DNA of 64,000 nt from a phage, in assembly GCA_033580375.1 (NCBI GenBank), contig GCA_033580375.1_4527.1. One strand, written 5' to 3'. The first letter of the stretch is position 1. Every line of letters begins with the position of its first letter. The notes beneath the pieces are model-generated. The model ran no database searches, was not told the DNA's origin, and worked only from the letters and a program-made list of their open reading frames with translations. Both the position numbers and the translations under genes were made by a program. This document shows positions 45,734 to 55,346 of the stretch, in pieces.

Positions 45734-46690
45734 TTATTTGAAAGGTTTTACCATATGGAAATTTTGTTTGAAACGTTTGACGTAATCATCATGTCCTAAG
45801 CTTTGGTACATACTTACTACTTTGCTGTAGTTTTCCCAAGCGTATTCACGGAACCAACCGGAGGTGATGCTTGTGCAGACTTTTTCTAATGCCATCATAA
45901 AACTGGCTTCAGGGTTAATTTTAAAGTCATTAGGAATCTGAGAACGTTCTAATGCTAGTACACATGATTCTTCGTATACACCGGCCAATTTGACCATTTC
46001 TGGTAATGATTCGAACTTCTCGCGTGAGGTCATGACTTCAGAACCATCTTTCATGTAAAACGTATAAGCAGGGCGGTCTGTTAGTGCAATGGCTTCGTGA
46101 ATAGTATCATGGACATACGTATAGATGTCATCTTTAAAGAATGCGCTTTTAGAAGTGTCAAGAACTGGGTGAGCATAGTTCAAGGTTTCTTTCTGGCGTT
46201 TCAGCATAATTTCAGTAAGTTCATCGTTCAGTGTAACACCTTTACCACGAAGATACTGAATATGGTTCATAGTCTTTAAAAAGAATGGATTATTTTTCTT
46301 GAAACGATGAGACATCTTAATTGCAAGACACATCTCAGGAGTTGCCCAGTAAAACCCGTTCAAACGGTCTTTAGTCAAATTTTTCTTGGCGTATTTTAAA
46401 AGGTCATAAGAAGACGTGAAATCTTCAGGAGTGAGTTCACCGACTAATTCACGGACATTAGTGATTGCCGGAACAATATATGCTTCAAAATGAGTTTCGC
46501 GTCCATTATGGAAGCATTTGAAAACTTGGACATCAGGATTATCTTGGTGAACATATACACCCATCATTTGATTTTTGAATGCATTCCAAGAACCTTGGTC
46601 CGCAATAAAGTCCCAGTCACTATTTTTAATAGCGCTAGAATCAATAAGGCCGTGATAGTGAAGTGCACGAGAACCAATAACTAACATCAT
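45734..46690 (-). CDS. Hypothetical protein, 318 aa
   Basis: Intact ORF. Confidence 0.6.
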   Translation of the reverse strand: MMLVIGSRALHYHGLIDSSAIKNSDWDFIADQGSWNAFKNQMMGVYVHQDNPDVQVFKCFHNGRETHFEAYIVPAITNVRELVGELTPEDFTSSYDLLKYAKKNLTKDRLNGFYWATPEMCLAIKMSHRFKKNNPFFLKTMNHIQYLRGKGVTLNDELTEIMLKRQKETLNYAHPVLDTSKSAFFKDDIYTYVHDTIHEAIALTDRPAYTFYMKDGSEVMTSREKFESLPEMVKLAGVYEESCVLALERSQIPNDFKINPEASFMMALEKVCTSITSGWFREYAWENYSKVVSMYQSLGHDDYVKRFKQNFHMVKPFK

Positions 46691-46715
46691 AATAATTTCC
46701 TCGAATTTAGATTAC

Positions 46716-46967
46716 TTAAATTTCGCGACATGCGATATTATATTCATCCCAGAGGTCATCGTGTGAAGCCTCTACCAATGGAACGATTGTACCGTTTATG
46801 TCTTCATTATAAGGACAAATTGTACAGTGCGCATCTTCGAATCGTATGCCTTTGTGTTCAGATTTTTTATAACGCATATCGAATATCTTTGCAAACTTTT
46901 CACGAGTAATGGTTTTACCAACCACTTTGGTTCCGATACTTTCGTAATAAATCATTGTGGACTCCAT
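46716..46967 (-). CDS. Hypothetical protein, 83 aa
   Basis: ORF. Confidence 0.5.
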   Translation of the reverse strand: MESTMIYYESIGTKVVGKTITREKFAKIFDMRYKKSEHKGIRFEDAHCTICPYNEDINGTIVPLVEASHDDLWDEYNIACREI

Positions 46968-46983
46968 TTAATTTGATAGGACT

Positions 46984-47013
46984 ACTATAACATAGCCCTA
47001 TCTTGTTGTAAAC
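46984..47013 (-). promoter_or_regulatory. Early promoter in stem-loop (same family)
   Basis: Repeat family member. Confidence 0.5.
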
Positions 47014-47017
47014 TGTT

Positions 47018-47215
47018 TTAGCAAGAATAACTAGACGATACCCAGCCTTGAACAGTAATACTATTATTGGATAATGAGATTGCGTTCTGGAGATTCAGAC
47101 CTGCGTTATCTTCAATCCACAATGTAACTTCTTCGCGTTCTTCTGTTGCAATTTGGAACAGGTTTTCCAGAGCAGCTACTGCCGTACGTACAGCACAATC
47201 TAATTCACGAGACAT
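47018..47215 (-). CDS. Small protein, 65 aa, C-terminus ...QGWVSSSYSC (paralog 3 of 3)
   Basis: Shared C-terminal motif with the two upstream ORFs. Confidence 0.55.
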   Translation of the reverse strand: MSRELDCAVRTAVAALENLFQIATEEREEVTLWIEDNAGLNLQNAISLSNNSITVQGWVSSSYSC

Positions 47216-47224
47216 ATGGTTTCC

Positions 47225-47497
47225 TTAGCAAGTGTGAGAAGATGCAACCCAACCGCCGTCTTCAAGGCTCAGGTTGTAGTCGTATTGGTAAACGTCAGCC
47301 CATTCAGCATAACCGTTTTTTGTACAACGTTCAAGATCGGCTTTAAGATGTCCAGGTGAATGATAGGTTCCACCCATACCATAAGCTGGATACAAGTCGA
47401 ATGTTGTGTTTTGTTTATTAGCAATTTCTTTGGCTGCCTCAATAGCTGCATAGATTTTTGCTACGGCTTCAGCCAGTTCGGTTTGTTCTTTAGACAT
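47225..47497 (-). CDS. Small protein, 90 aa, C-terminus ...GGWVASSHTC (paralog 2 of 3)
   Basis: Shared C-terminal motif. Confidence 0.55.
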   Translation of the reverse strand: MSKEQTELAEAVAKIYAAIEAAKEIANKQNTTFDLYPAYGMGGTYHSPGHLKADLERCTKNGYAEWADVYQYDYNLSLEDGGWVASSHTC

Positions 47498-47506
47498 AAT
47501 GATTCC

Positions 47507-47812
47507 TTAGCACAATGCAGAAGAGGAAACCCAAGCACCTTCAGTAATAACGTAACCATTACCTTCACGCTTAACATCGCCACCATTATTTTCAATTTCA
47601 TCTTTCATCCACTGGGATACAATTTCACCCTTAGGATAATAAGTACGACCGCTACCATAATCACCTACAGAAAACGATACGGCGTATTGGTCTGCGATCT
47701 TTGTTGCTTCTTCTTCGATACGTTCAGCTTGATTCAGAAGTTTATAAATTGCATCTGAAGCGGATTTGGCATCATTAAACTCTGGTACTTTAATTTCGAT
47801 AATCTTACTCAT
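47507..47812 (-). CDS. Small protein, 101 aa, C-terminus ...GAWVSSSALC (paralog 1 of 3)
   Basis: Shared C-terminal motif. Confidence 0.55.
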   Translation of the reverse strand: MSKIIEIKVPEFNDAKSASDAIYKLLNQAERIEEEATKIADQYAVSFSVGDYGSGRTYYPKGEIVSQWMKDEIENNGGDVKREGNGYVITEGAWVSSSALC

Positions 47813-48168
47813 TTTCTACATTCCTTAATAAAGTTTTCGATTGTTTCATTTTCACGTTTAGCTAGGAGTTCATTATAACTAATCATTTGAGAAGCGTAAA
47901 CCTTTTTATTTTTCTTGTTATGGTTTATAAAATCGTAGTAAAAATAGACTACAGTACAAAATGATGCGATGGATGCAAAGGCTTGGGTATACCGTAAGTC
48001 CTGCCATTGGTCTGTGAATCCACCAGTGTTCCCTATAAATCCTAACACAACGCCGTCAATAATAAATCCAACTAATCCAAAGGCAAATCCCATGCCAATA
48101 CTCATAATAAAAATTAGAATGTTCTCGCCAAGAGAAGGCCATACGGTTAAGAGTTGAGGCTTTTGCAT
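47809..48168 (-). CDS. Hypothetical membrane protein, 119 aa
   Basis: Hydrophobic segments. Confidence 0.55.
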   Translation of the reverse strand: MQKPQLLTVWPSLGENILIFIMSIGMGFAFGLVGFIIDGVVLGFIGNTGGFTDQWQDLRYTQAFASIASFCTVVYFYYDFINHNKKNKKVYASQMISYNELLAKRENETIENFIKECRK

Positions 48169-48542
48169 CTTATTTCCTTAACGAATTCCATAGCTTCTTC
48201 ATATTCATACTTTTTAACAGCTTCATCATACTGAGCTTGGGCTTTTGCGCACTGAACTTTCCATTCTCTTAATCGGGCTCTGTGATGACGGCCTTGGTGC
48301 CAATATCCGGCCCAATTAATAGGCATTAATAAAAACGGTACAATAAGTGGTGCGACGAACATTAATGAAAACGCTGCATCAGACGATATAACTTTATTGG
48401 AATCTAAAATAGCTCCTATAATCATAAAGATTAAAAATGCTAAAGCTAAAATAGGACCAAACAACACTTCATTTGGGATTAATTTACGCTTGTATTCATA
48501 CGCCCAGGGCTTACTTGGCATGTATAGGGTTGGCTTTGACAT
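48147..48542 (-). CDS. Hypothetical membrane protein, about 131 aa (start uncertain)
   Basis: ORF track start 48572 is TTG; ATG at 48540-48542. Confidence 0.45.
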   Translation of the reverse strand: MSKPTLYMPSKPWAYEYKRKLIPNEVLFGPILALAFLIFMIIGAILDSNKVISSDAAFSLMFVAPLIVPFLLMPINWAGYWHQGRHHRARLREWKVQCAKAQAQYDEAVKKYEYEEAMEFVKEIRCKSLNS

Positions 48543-49113
48543 ATTCTCTACATTCCATAATAAATTGCTCAAGGATTAAATTGTTAGTGAAATTAGGACT
48601 AACAACCATAGTTTCATAAAGCGCATCAATAGCACTTAAAGCATCAACTCTTTTAAGCAAAGGCTTGCCTTCATACATAGTTTCAGAATCTACGATTAAC
48701 GTAAAGTAATATTTTTTATTATCGACTAGAACTTCAGTATCGATATAAAACATGTTAGACCTTAAAAGCTTATCTCTAAAACCATAATAATCTTCAGAGC
48801 GTTCGCTGATATATTCCCATTCGGTGTTTAAACAACAAACAGACCACGTAGGAGCAACGAAATCAGTGAATCTAATATCATGGTCTGCAACTAGTTTAGC
48901 AATAGCTCCGATATCATTAATCATAATACCTGGGGCTAATAAAGATTTTCTGCTATGGCTAGCCGTTTTCTCAGTAGTCTCATAAGAAGACGACCAGTAC
49001 CATTTACGTCCAGTTGCAACATATCGTAATGAATCAACTAAAGACGTAGGTGGATTTACCTTATCTCGGAACTCTTCGAACATTGAGTCAATATCATTAT
49101 TTTGGTTTCGCAT
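48511..49113 (-). CDS. Hypothetical protein, about 200 aa
   Basis: ATG 49111-49113 with AAGGAG SD (ORF track start 49134 is TTG). Confidence 0.6.
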   Translation of the reverse strand: MRNQNNDIDSMFEEFRDKVNPPTSLVDSLRYVATGRKWYWSSSYETTEKTASHSRKSLLAPGIMINDIGAIAKLVADHDIRFTDFVAPTWSVCCLNTEWEYISERSEDYYGFRDKLLRSNMFYIDTEVLVDNKKYYFTLIVDSETMYEGKPLLKRVDALSAIDALYETMVVSPNFTNNLILEQFIMECREYVKANPIHAK

Positions 49114-49162
49114 GTTAACTCCTTTATTATCCAAAAGGAGGACCGGAGTCCTCCGTATTATT

Positions 49163-49771
49163 TTATTTCAAAGAGTTAATATATTCTTGTACATCAGCAG
49201 AAGTGGTTTCGACACCAGCTGGAGCGCCATTGAACGTTTCAACACGAGTCAGAGTGTCTTCGATATCAACCTTAGTCAGTGCAGCGATTTCAATTACATC
49301 ATCAGCCGTAGAGATACCAAGGGCATTGGCTGCTCGAGTTTCACGAATGTATTCGAGTTTGATTGCCAGGTTCTGACGAGCATCGTCAAGTTCAACCACC
49401 TTACGAGCAATTTCAATTCGCATAGCGGCATACCCGTCAGCTTTTGTATTAAGTTGTTCGGCAGTTCGACGATACAGAAGACCAAGCTTAGCATGCATGG
49501 TAACATCTTGTCCTTCAGCCAGGAGCTTACGAATTTCACGTTCTTTAGAAGCGGCTTGCTTGTTCTTTTCATTAACAAGTTCTCGAATACGTTTTTCTTC
49601 GTTAATAGATTTAACAGAAGCAGTTTTTAGTTCTTTGATTTGGGTAATCAACTTATCTGCGGCTGCGTTATACTGTTCTTCGACAGTCAGATTTTTAGCC
49701 ATAGCAGTACCCAGTTTAGTGCGGATGAATTCAACAAGTTTCTTCAGTGTGTTCATATTATTACCTTTCAA
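49163..49771 (-). CDS. Hypothetical coiled-coil protein, 202 aa (composition reminiscent of PspA/IM30, unverified)
   Basis: Long heptad-rich helical sequence. Confidence 0.55.
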   Translation of the reverse strand: MKGNNMNTLKKLVEFIRTKLGTAMAKNLTVEEQYNAAADKLITQIKELKTASVKSINEEKRIRELVNEKNKQAASKEREIRKLLAEGQDVTMHAKLGLLYRRTAEQLNTKADGYAAMRIEIARKVVELDDARQNLAIKLEYIRETRAANALGISTADDVIEIAALTKVDIEDTLTRVETFNGAPAGVETTSADVQEYINSLK

Positions 49772-49797
49772 TTGGTGGTTTATTATCCAACGAGAGC

Positions 49798-49826
49798 ATT
49801 ATACTCTGCTCTCAAGAGTTTGTACA
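49798..49826 (-). promoter_or_regulatory. Early promoter in stem-loop (TGTACA-17-TATAAT inside GAGAGC/GCTCTC inverted repeat)
   Basis: Near-copy at 20028-20056. Confidence 0.5.
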
Positions 49827-50054
49827 TTATTTTTTAATCAAATTGACATAAAACTCTGCGTCTTCCGGGTGCATGCCTTCGCAGTATTCTTCAACCATGA
49901 ACTTCTTAACAGCTTCATAAGGACCACTCAGATTAAGCTCAGTTGTCCAAAACTTGGAATCTTGGGCTGAATCGATACGAACTTCAGGGTGACGGTTGCG
50001 AATAACTTCTTCGGTGTATTCATAATCAACGACATCAATACTAACTTTAGCCAT
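49827..50054 (-). CDS. Hypothetical protein, 75 aa
   Basis: ORF. Confidence 0.5.
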   Translation of the reverse strand: MAKVSIDVVDYEYTEEVIRNRHPEVRIDSAQDSKFWTTELNLSGPYEAVKKFMVEEYCEGMHPEDAEFYVNLIKK

Positions 50055-50083
50055 TTTGTTTCTCCTCTGTAGTTGATAAGTTT

Positions 50084-50111
50084 ATAGTATCACCATCATT
50101 GGTGCTTGTAC
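50084..50111 (-). promoter_or_regulatory. Early promoter (TGTACA + TAnnnT)
   Basis: Read directly. Confidence 0.4.
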
Positions 50112-50121
50112 ATCATTATTT

Positions 50122-50427
50122 TTAATTTTTCCAACTTAACAACTTGTAGTGTCCTTCATTCGTACGAGGTTTATCCCAAGAAATACTAATATATGATTCG
50201 CTGTCAATAGAAGTCGCCGGGTTTTTCTCTACAGTAAGACCTTCGCTTTCCAGCCATTCAATAGTGTTTGCGCATAAATCAGAAGAACACCTCATTGGAA
50301 ACTGACAAGATTTTTCACCTTTAGCTGCAGTGTTATACATCTTTTCTAAAATACGCTTTTGCACGTTTTTAAAAATAGTTTCAGCAGATTCTTCAGATTT
50401 TTTATTCAGTTCAGTATAAAGACTCAT
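50122..50427 (-). CDS. Hypothetical protein, about 101 aa
   Basis: ATG 50425-50427; ORF track start 50454 lies inside the promoter hairpin. Confidence 0.45.
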   Translation of the reverse strand: MSLYTELNKKSEESAETIFKNVQKRILEKMYNTAAKGEKSCQFPMRCSSDLCANTIEWLESEGLTVEKNPATSIDSESYISISWDKPRTNEGHYKLLSWKN

Positions 50428-50452
50428 AACATTCTTCTCGTTAATAGGGCTC

Positions 50453-50482
50453 ATAATATCTTAATCATGAGCCCATGTAAAC
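50453..50482 (-). promoter_or_regulatory. Early promoter in stem-loop (GTTTAC-18-TATTAT inside GGGCTCAT/ATGAGCCC inverted repeat)
   Basis: Read directly. Confidence 0.45.
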
Positions 50483-50484
50483 AA

Positions 50485-50760
50485 TTATTTCATATTATTG
50501 AAATAATCTTCCGCATCAAAATCGTTATCATGATAAACTTTGGTAGACGATTTGGCGTAGCCTTCAGCTGAGAACATATTAATCACAACTTTAATTGTAT
50601 ACCACTGCCCGTCTTCATTACCCATTACTGCGTAGGTTTCATACACTGGGTGTTCAGGTCCAATAACTTTAATATCATTCACCGTACGTCCGAAATCTTC
50701 TGGAACGCATTTCATAAAGAAGTTGAACAGTTCACCGTAATTATCCATTTCATTCTCCAA
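50485..50760 (-). CDS. Hypothetical protein, 91 aa
   Basis: ORF. Confidence 0.5.
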   Translation of the reverse strand: MENEMDNYGELFNFFMKCVPEDFGRTVNDIKVIGPEHPVYETYAVMGNEDGQWYTIKVVINMFSAEGYAKSSTKVYHDNDFDAEDYFNNMK

Positions 50761-50790
50761 GGTTTTTCTGTATCGGTAGTTGATAGTTGT

Positions 50791-50820
50791 ATAGTACCAC
50801 GGAAGAACAGGGATGTAAAC
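50791..50820 (-). promoter_or_regulatory. Early promoter (GTTTACA-18-TACTAT)
   Basis: Read directly. Confidence 0.45.
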
Positions 50821-50888
50821 AGTTTTGTGAAAAAAATTTTTAAAAAGTTTTGGGGAATTCTAGGACAGGGAGAGGAAAGGCCTAGATA

Positions 50889-50917
50889 CCAAAAAGCCCT
50901 ATCTAAATGATAGGGCT
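50889..50917 (-). terminator. Rho-independent terminator (AGCCCUAUC-auuua-GAUAGGGCU + U5)
   Basis: 9-bp stem plus T-run immediately after the stop of 50923-51486. Confidence 0.7.
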
Positions 50918-50922
50918 TAAAA

Positions 50923-51486
50923 TTATTTACCTAGTTTAGTTATTATAGCTTCGGCAGCAGCTTTTAGCTTAGATGCAGTGTTAATACGATTTTTAATTTC
51001 AGTATACGCATCGCCAAGAACATCAAGGCTATCAGAATAAACACTTACACTATTGCGTTCGCTATTTGAAATAGAACCTTTAGTTTTACGATCAAAATCA
51101 GTGTACACGTCTTGAAGATCACGGGCTGCCTTCTTTGCATCATCCAATGCATCAAGAGCTTTATTCAAAGCATTGACATATTTTTTAGTGTCAAACATAT
51201 TCTTAGAAATTTTAACAGGTGCACGTTCAGGAGTAGCTAAGGCGGATTTAGGAACCTGCGTGCCAGATGCCAGTTTCTTAGAAATTTTGAAAAACGCTTT
51301 ATTGAAACTATTTTCTTGACTCATCGTAAAAGAACTAGTATCGATGTTATACATTTCAATAGCTTTAGCTTTCCACTTAAGAAAATCGCCACGGTCTTTT
51401 GGATCCAAGTTGAAGAATACTTTAGTAAGATCTGCTTCAGATGGTAATTTTGCTGCTTCGGTTAAAAATTCGGCGTAGGTTTTCAT
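50923..51486 (-). CDS. CTS-bearing internal protein, 187 aa
   Basis: N-terminal MKTYAEFLTEA. Confidence 0.6.
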   Translation of the reverse strand: MKTYAEFLTEAAKLPSEADLTKVFFNLDPKDRGDFLKWKAKAIEMYNIDTSSFTMSQENSFNKAFFKISKKLASGTQVPKSALATPERAPVKISKNMFDTKKYVNALNKALDALDDAKKAARDLQDVYTDFDRKTKGSISNSERNSVSVYSDSLDVLGDAYTEIKNRINTASKLKAAAEAIITKLGK

Positions 51487-51573
51487 TTAAAATCCTTGAA
51501 ATAATTTATCGGTTGGTTATTAATTATTTATTACTTTGGTATTATCAGTAACAGCATTCTCTGAGAGATTCAA

Positions 51574-51604
51574 ACTAAAAAGCCCCAACCTTTCGGAAGG
51601 GGCT
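51574..51604 (-). terminator. Rho-independent terminator; 24-bp hairpin identical to 35088-35111
   Basis: AGCCCC...GGGGCU hairpin plus U-run on minus strand, downstream of the tRNA/stable-RNA region. Confidence 0.65.
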
Positions 51605-51900
51605 AAGCCTTGCGGCGACCTTGTCGGGGTTCCACCTGCTAAGGCAAGTGTTTGTACGAAACGCCGGGATTCGAACCCGGTTATTAAGCAGTTGACGCTA
51701 CTCAATATTTTTAAAAGGCCATATCTCGACCATATCCGAACGTTCCGTCAAAAACGCTACTCGGCTTACGGCAAAGATATTTCCTCGAATCGATAATTCT
51801 GTGCGCCGTTTCTGCTGTGATGTAAGGGGATATTAACGAATCATAAAGATTTATTAAGACCAGTCCTTACTCAGGGAACATCAGTCCGACGACTTGCCGG
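51605..51900 (-). other. ORF-free region with a perfect tRNA-type T-arm (CCGGG-UUCGAAU-CCCGG); possible small stable RNA(s) or degenerate tRNA
   Basis: T-arm consensus read on minus strand at about 51665-51681; I could not complete a canonical cloverleaf by hand. Confidence 0.3.
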
Positions 51901-51917
51901 TAGCGACCCGGCTTCTC

Positions 51918-52262
51918 TTATTTTGGCATATCATCAATTTGCTCTCTACGCCGACGCCATAGATTAATCGCTTCATAGGCACATTCTGCGTTTGGTATAT
52001 GACGGCAATAATATAATGATTCACGTTTCTGAAACCGATGTTGCAATGGGATTTCGTTTAAAAGGTCTTTACGATCAAAGTATTCAAAACTAGTTAACCC
52101 TGAACGGTTTTTAATGAACTTCCAATGACCGAATTCATTTTGAACATAGATGTAATCAGCGTGTTGATAAAGTGAATTAATCAATCGGTCTGAAATAACT
52201 GTATCATGTTCGTTAAAATAAAACGTTAAATCATGAACTACTAAATAGACATTACCTTTCAT
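51918..52262 (-). CDS. Hypothetical protein, about 114 aa, embedded in the tRNA region
   Basis: ATG 52260-52262 with GAGGAAA SD; ORF track start 52310 would overlap tRNA-Arg. Confidence 0.5.
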   Translation of the reverse strand: MKGNVYLVVHDLTFYFNEHDTVISDRLINSLYQHADYIYVQNEFGHWKFIKNRSGLTSFEYFDRKDLLNEIPLQHRFQKRESLYYCRHIPNAECAYEAINLWRRRREQIDDMPK

Positions 52263-52280
52263 ATTTTCCTCACTTATAAT

Positions 52281-52357
<77 letters not shown>

Positions 52358-52363
52358 AATATA

Positions 52364-52437
52364 TGACCCAGACCAGATTCGAACTGGTAACCTTTCCCTT
52401 ATGAGGGGACTGCTACTAACCGTTGAGCTACAGGGCC
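52364..52437 (-). tRNA. tRNA with CAU anticodon (Met, or Ile if lysidine-modified), 74 nt, no encoded CCA
   Basis: Hand-folded: acceptor GGCCCUG/CUGGGUC (one U-U mismatch), anticodon loop CUCAUAA, T-arm ACCAG-UUCGAAU-CUGGU. Confidence 0.7.
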
Positions 52438-52516
52438 TAAATAACTTTCTATTATGAAAGGCACTTTAGAGCACCTTTGGTAATAGAGGGTATGAGTTAA
52501 TAATAACACATAATTC

Positions 52517-53032
52517 TTAAAGCAAATCAATCATTTTAACAGTCGGCAAAACGATTTCTTCTTCAATATAAGCAAATTCAACACATTCAACTACACGCAA
52601 GAAATCATAATCATAATATTCAGAAGCATAGCCAAGAATATCAATGAGACCTTCTGATACTAAATATCCATTCTCACGGAACAGGTCAAATACACGTGAT
52701 TCATCTTCTTCAGATTTATTACCGAGGTCGACTTCAATATCAAAGACCTTTTTAATGAATTCTGGATAAAGCTGGTCTGAGAACAATCCTTCAACCAAGT
52801 ATTCATAGATTAAAAGCGAGCAATCACTGAATGGTGTATTACCACAGTAACGTTCAGCTTTAGTGCTAGAATGACGACTCTTAAATTTCTTCAAAAGATA
52901 TTTAAACTGTTGGAGCTCATGCTCTTCCACTTCAAACAATGTTTTGGTTTTATAGTTGTCACCATCATTTTCATAGGTAGTGACATCAATTACATAACCC
53001 TTAGGAATTGTACTGCCTAAACAAATATTCAT
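52517..53032 (-). CDS. Hypothetical protein, 171 aa
   Basis: Intact ORF. Confidence 0.6.
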   Translation of the reverse strand: MNICLGSTIPKGYVIDVTTYENDGDNYKTKTLFEVEEHELQQFKYLLKKFKSRHSSTKAERYCGNTPFSDCSLLIYEYLVEGLFSDQLYPEFIKKVFDIEVDLGNKSEEDESRVFDLFRENGYLVSEGLIDILGYASEYYDYDFLRVVECVEFAYIEEEIVLPTVKMIDLL

Positions 53033-53036
53033 TTAC

Positions 53037-53327
53037 TCACCGTACCATATTAATGTAATTATATTCAATGCAACGTAATTTCAAAGGATTCTTGAAAATA
53101 TCATATTCAAGAGGACCTTTTTCTGTTTCAATAAAGAAATCAAAGTTAACTGTATTAAATTTATCATCTTCACAGAGTAATTTAACTTGCGAAGATGAAC
53201 GGTCGATATAAACCTTTTCAACCTCAAAGTTAGTCAGAATACCGTAGTCATCAACTAGTGCTTTAGCTGCACGTTGGTCGCTTTCGTATCCGTTCTCAAT
53301 AGATGACACTTTAGCATAAAGAATCAT
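53037..53327 (-). CDS. Hypothetical protein, 96 aa
   Basis: ORF, ATGA overlap with upstream gene. Confidence 0.5.
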   Translation of the reverse strand: MILYAKVSSIENGYESDQRAAKALVDDYGILTNFEVEKVYIDRSSSQVKLLCEDDKFNTVNFDFFIETEKGPLEYDIFKNPLKLRCIEYNYINMVR

Positions 53328-53686
53328 GAATGTTCCACCACTTCAAAGCTATGAGCATCAACAATATGATACCAGTCAAAATTTTCTTCTGCGTTTTTAT
53401 AAATTTCGCGAAGAGCTTCAACAGTTTTTCCTGTAGCAACAAGATCATCAATACCACCAAGAGGATAACAGTCATAACCAGCAAACAGAAGGAAATTAAT
53501 AGTTTCTGTAGGTTCTGGATGCAGAACACCGTTATCATCTACCACTTCAAAGAAAGTGTAAGAAGGAGTACAAGTTTTAATCCAAGCCCATGCTTGAGAT
53601 GCCGAATCAAATGGTCTACGTATCAAACGACAATCAGGGTCTTTAGAAGGATTTGCTTCAAAATCTGCATATACATGATATTTCAT
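53324..53686 (-). CDS. Hypothetical protein, 120 aa
   Basis: ORF. Confidence 0.55.
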   Translation of the reverse strand: MKYHVYADFEANPSKDPDCRLIRRPFDSASQAWAWIKTCTPSYTFFEVVDDNGVLHPEPTETINFLLFAGYDCYPLGGIDDLVATGKTVEALREIYKNAEENFDWYHIVDAHSFEVVEHS

Positions 53687-53893
53687 TTACTCACCTTTTG
53701 CAATTTTATCCATAACAATAGCGATTAAACCGATTAGAAATGCTACTACCAATGAGATAGAATTTTCGGTTGTTGTCAGTAGTCCGCAAATGAATCCTAC
53801 AAACATCGAAAAACTAAAAGCCATTGAAGCAATTACTACAGCAACATTACGAATCAGTTCAGCGCGTTTCATTTTATTTCTCCATTTACTCAT
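53687..53893 (-). CDS. Hypothetical membrane protein, 68 aa
   Basis: Two hydrophobic helices. Confidence 0.5.
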   Translation of the reverse strand: MSKWRNKMKRAELIRNVAVVIASMAFSFSMFVGFICGLLTTTENSISLVVAFLIGLIAIVMDKIAKGE

Positions 53894-53909
53894 TTTGTTT
53901 TGATAGGAC

Positions 53910-53938
53910 TACTATAACATATCCATATAGGCTTGTAT
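53910..53938 (-). promoter_or_regulatory. Early promoter in stem-loop (TAGGACTA family)
   Basis: Repeat family member. Confidence 0.5.
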
Positions 53939-53942
53939 ACCT

Positions 53943-54206
53943 TTATTTCAAATATATTGCGTATTTTTTATAGCCACCAGGCTCATGTCGAAGACCTTTA
54001 TCATTCGCAAAACGTTGAATGTTATTGAACTGATTTTCGTCAAGTTCGGATGTGTCAAATATGAAAAAGTTTCGTTTGTTACCAAGCGTGATATGCGGAG
54101 TTAAGTCAATGTTATACAAATTAAGAATATCAGCAATAACCTGATTGACCGCTTTGTTAATTTTCACACCAGACGATTCTGAGATGAATTCGTTGAAAGT
54201 TTTCAT
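53943..54206 (-). CDS. CTS-bearing internal protein, about 87 aa
   Basis: MKTFNEFISES at second ATG. Confidence 0.55.
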   Translation of the reverse strand: MKTFNEFISESSGVKINKAVNQVIADILNLYNIDLTPHITLGNKRNFFIFDTSELDENQFNNIQRFANDKGLRHEPGGYKKYAIYLK

Positions 54207-54238
54207 TTTAGGTTCCATTTGGTTGTTTTGTTAGGACT

Positions 54239-54268
54239 ACTATAACATAGTCCTACAAAGATGTAAAC
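54239..54268 (-). promoter_or_regulatory. Early promoter in stem-loop (TAGGACTA/TAGTCCTA family)
   Basis: Repeat family member. Confidence 0.55.
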
Positions 54269-54579
54269 TATTTTATGCCTTTAGATGAAATAGTGTTCTG
54301 GCGTTTAACCCCAGTTTGTGAAAAATCATGGTTATCAATTTGGTCAACTCGCATAACACCAAACGCAGATTTAATTTTGGCCTTTGAACCTTTTTTGATA
54401 CTAATTACCATATAAGTGTCATTTTTCTTATATTCGTAATTTGATACTTCAACGCCTTGATTAGAAATTGACTTAATAATAGCATTAGCGTATTCATCAT
54501 CTAACGGGCCGTTAGTGTTAATAACAAAATTTTTATCCGCTTTAGTAGCTTCCGCGATGAATTCTTGATAGGTTTTCAT
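54268..54579 (-). CDS. CTS-bearing internal protein (IPI position), 103 aa
   Basis: N-terminal MKTYQEFIAEA; adjacent to 57B as ipI is in T4. Confidence 0.6.
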   Translation of the reverse strand: MKTYQEFIAEATKADKNFVINTNGPLDDEYANAIIKSISNQGVEVSNYEYKKNDTYMVISIKKGSKAKIKSAFGVMRVDQIDNHDFSQTGVKRQNTISSKGIK

Positions 54580-54613
54580 TTTATTTCCTTGAGGTTGTTT
54601 ATTTGATAGGATG

Positions 54614-54653
54614 ATAGTAACACACCGTCATCCTTATGTAAACTGTTTTGTGA
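54614..54653 (-). promoter_or_regulatory. Early promoter with GGATGA/TCATCC inverted repeat
   Basis: gtaaac at 54648-54653 plus TAnnnT. Confidence 0.45.
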
Positions 54654-54656
54654 AAA

Positions 54657-55342
<686 letters not shown>

Positions 55343-55346
55343 TTTA

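Noticed and set aside
31393-50054. Other internal or antisense ORFs (31458-31823, 33073-33408, 35177-35398, 36618-36854, 43162-43503, 45390-45620, 49112-49630, 49294-49578, 49497-49970)
   Set aside because: Overlap stronger same-locus ORFs in another frame or strand; for 36618-36854 I preferred the overlapping 36646-36858 frame, which has ATGA coupling to the macro gene
51605-51900. A third canonical tRNA around the CCGGG-UUCGAAU-CCCGG T-arm
   Set aside because: Acceptor, D and anticodon arms could not be built at canonical spacing; reported only as a tRNA-like/stable-RNA candidate
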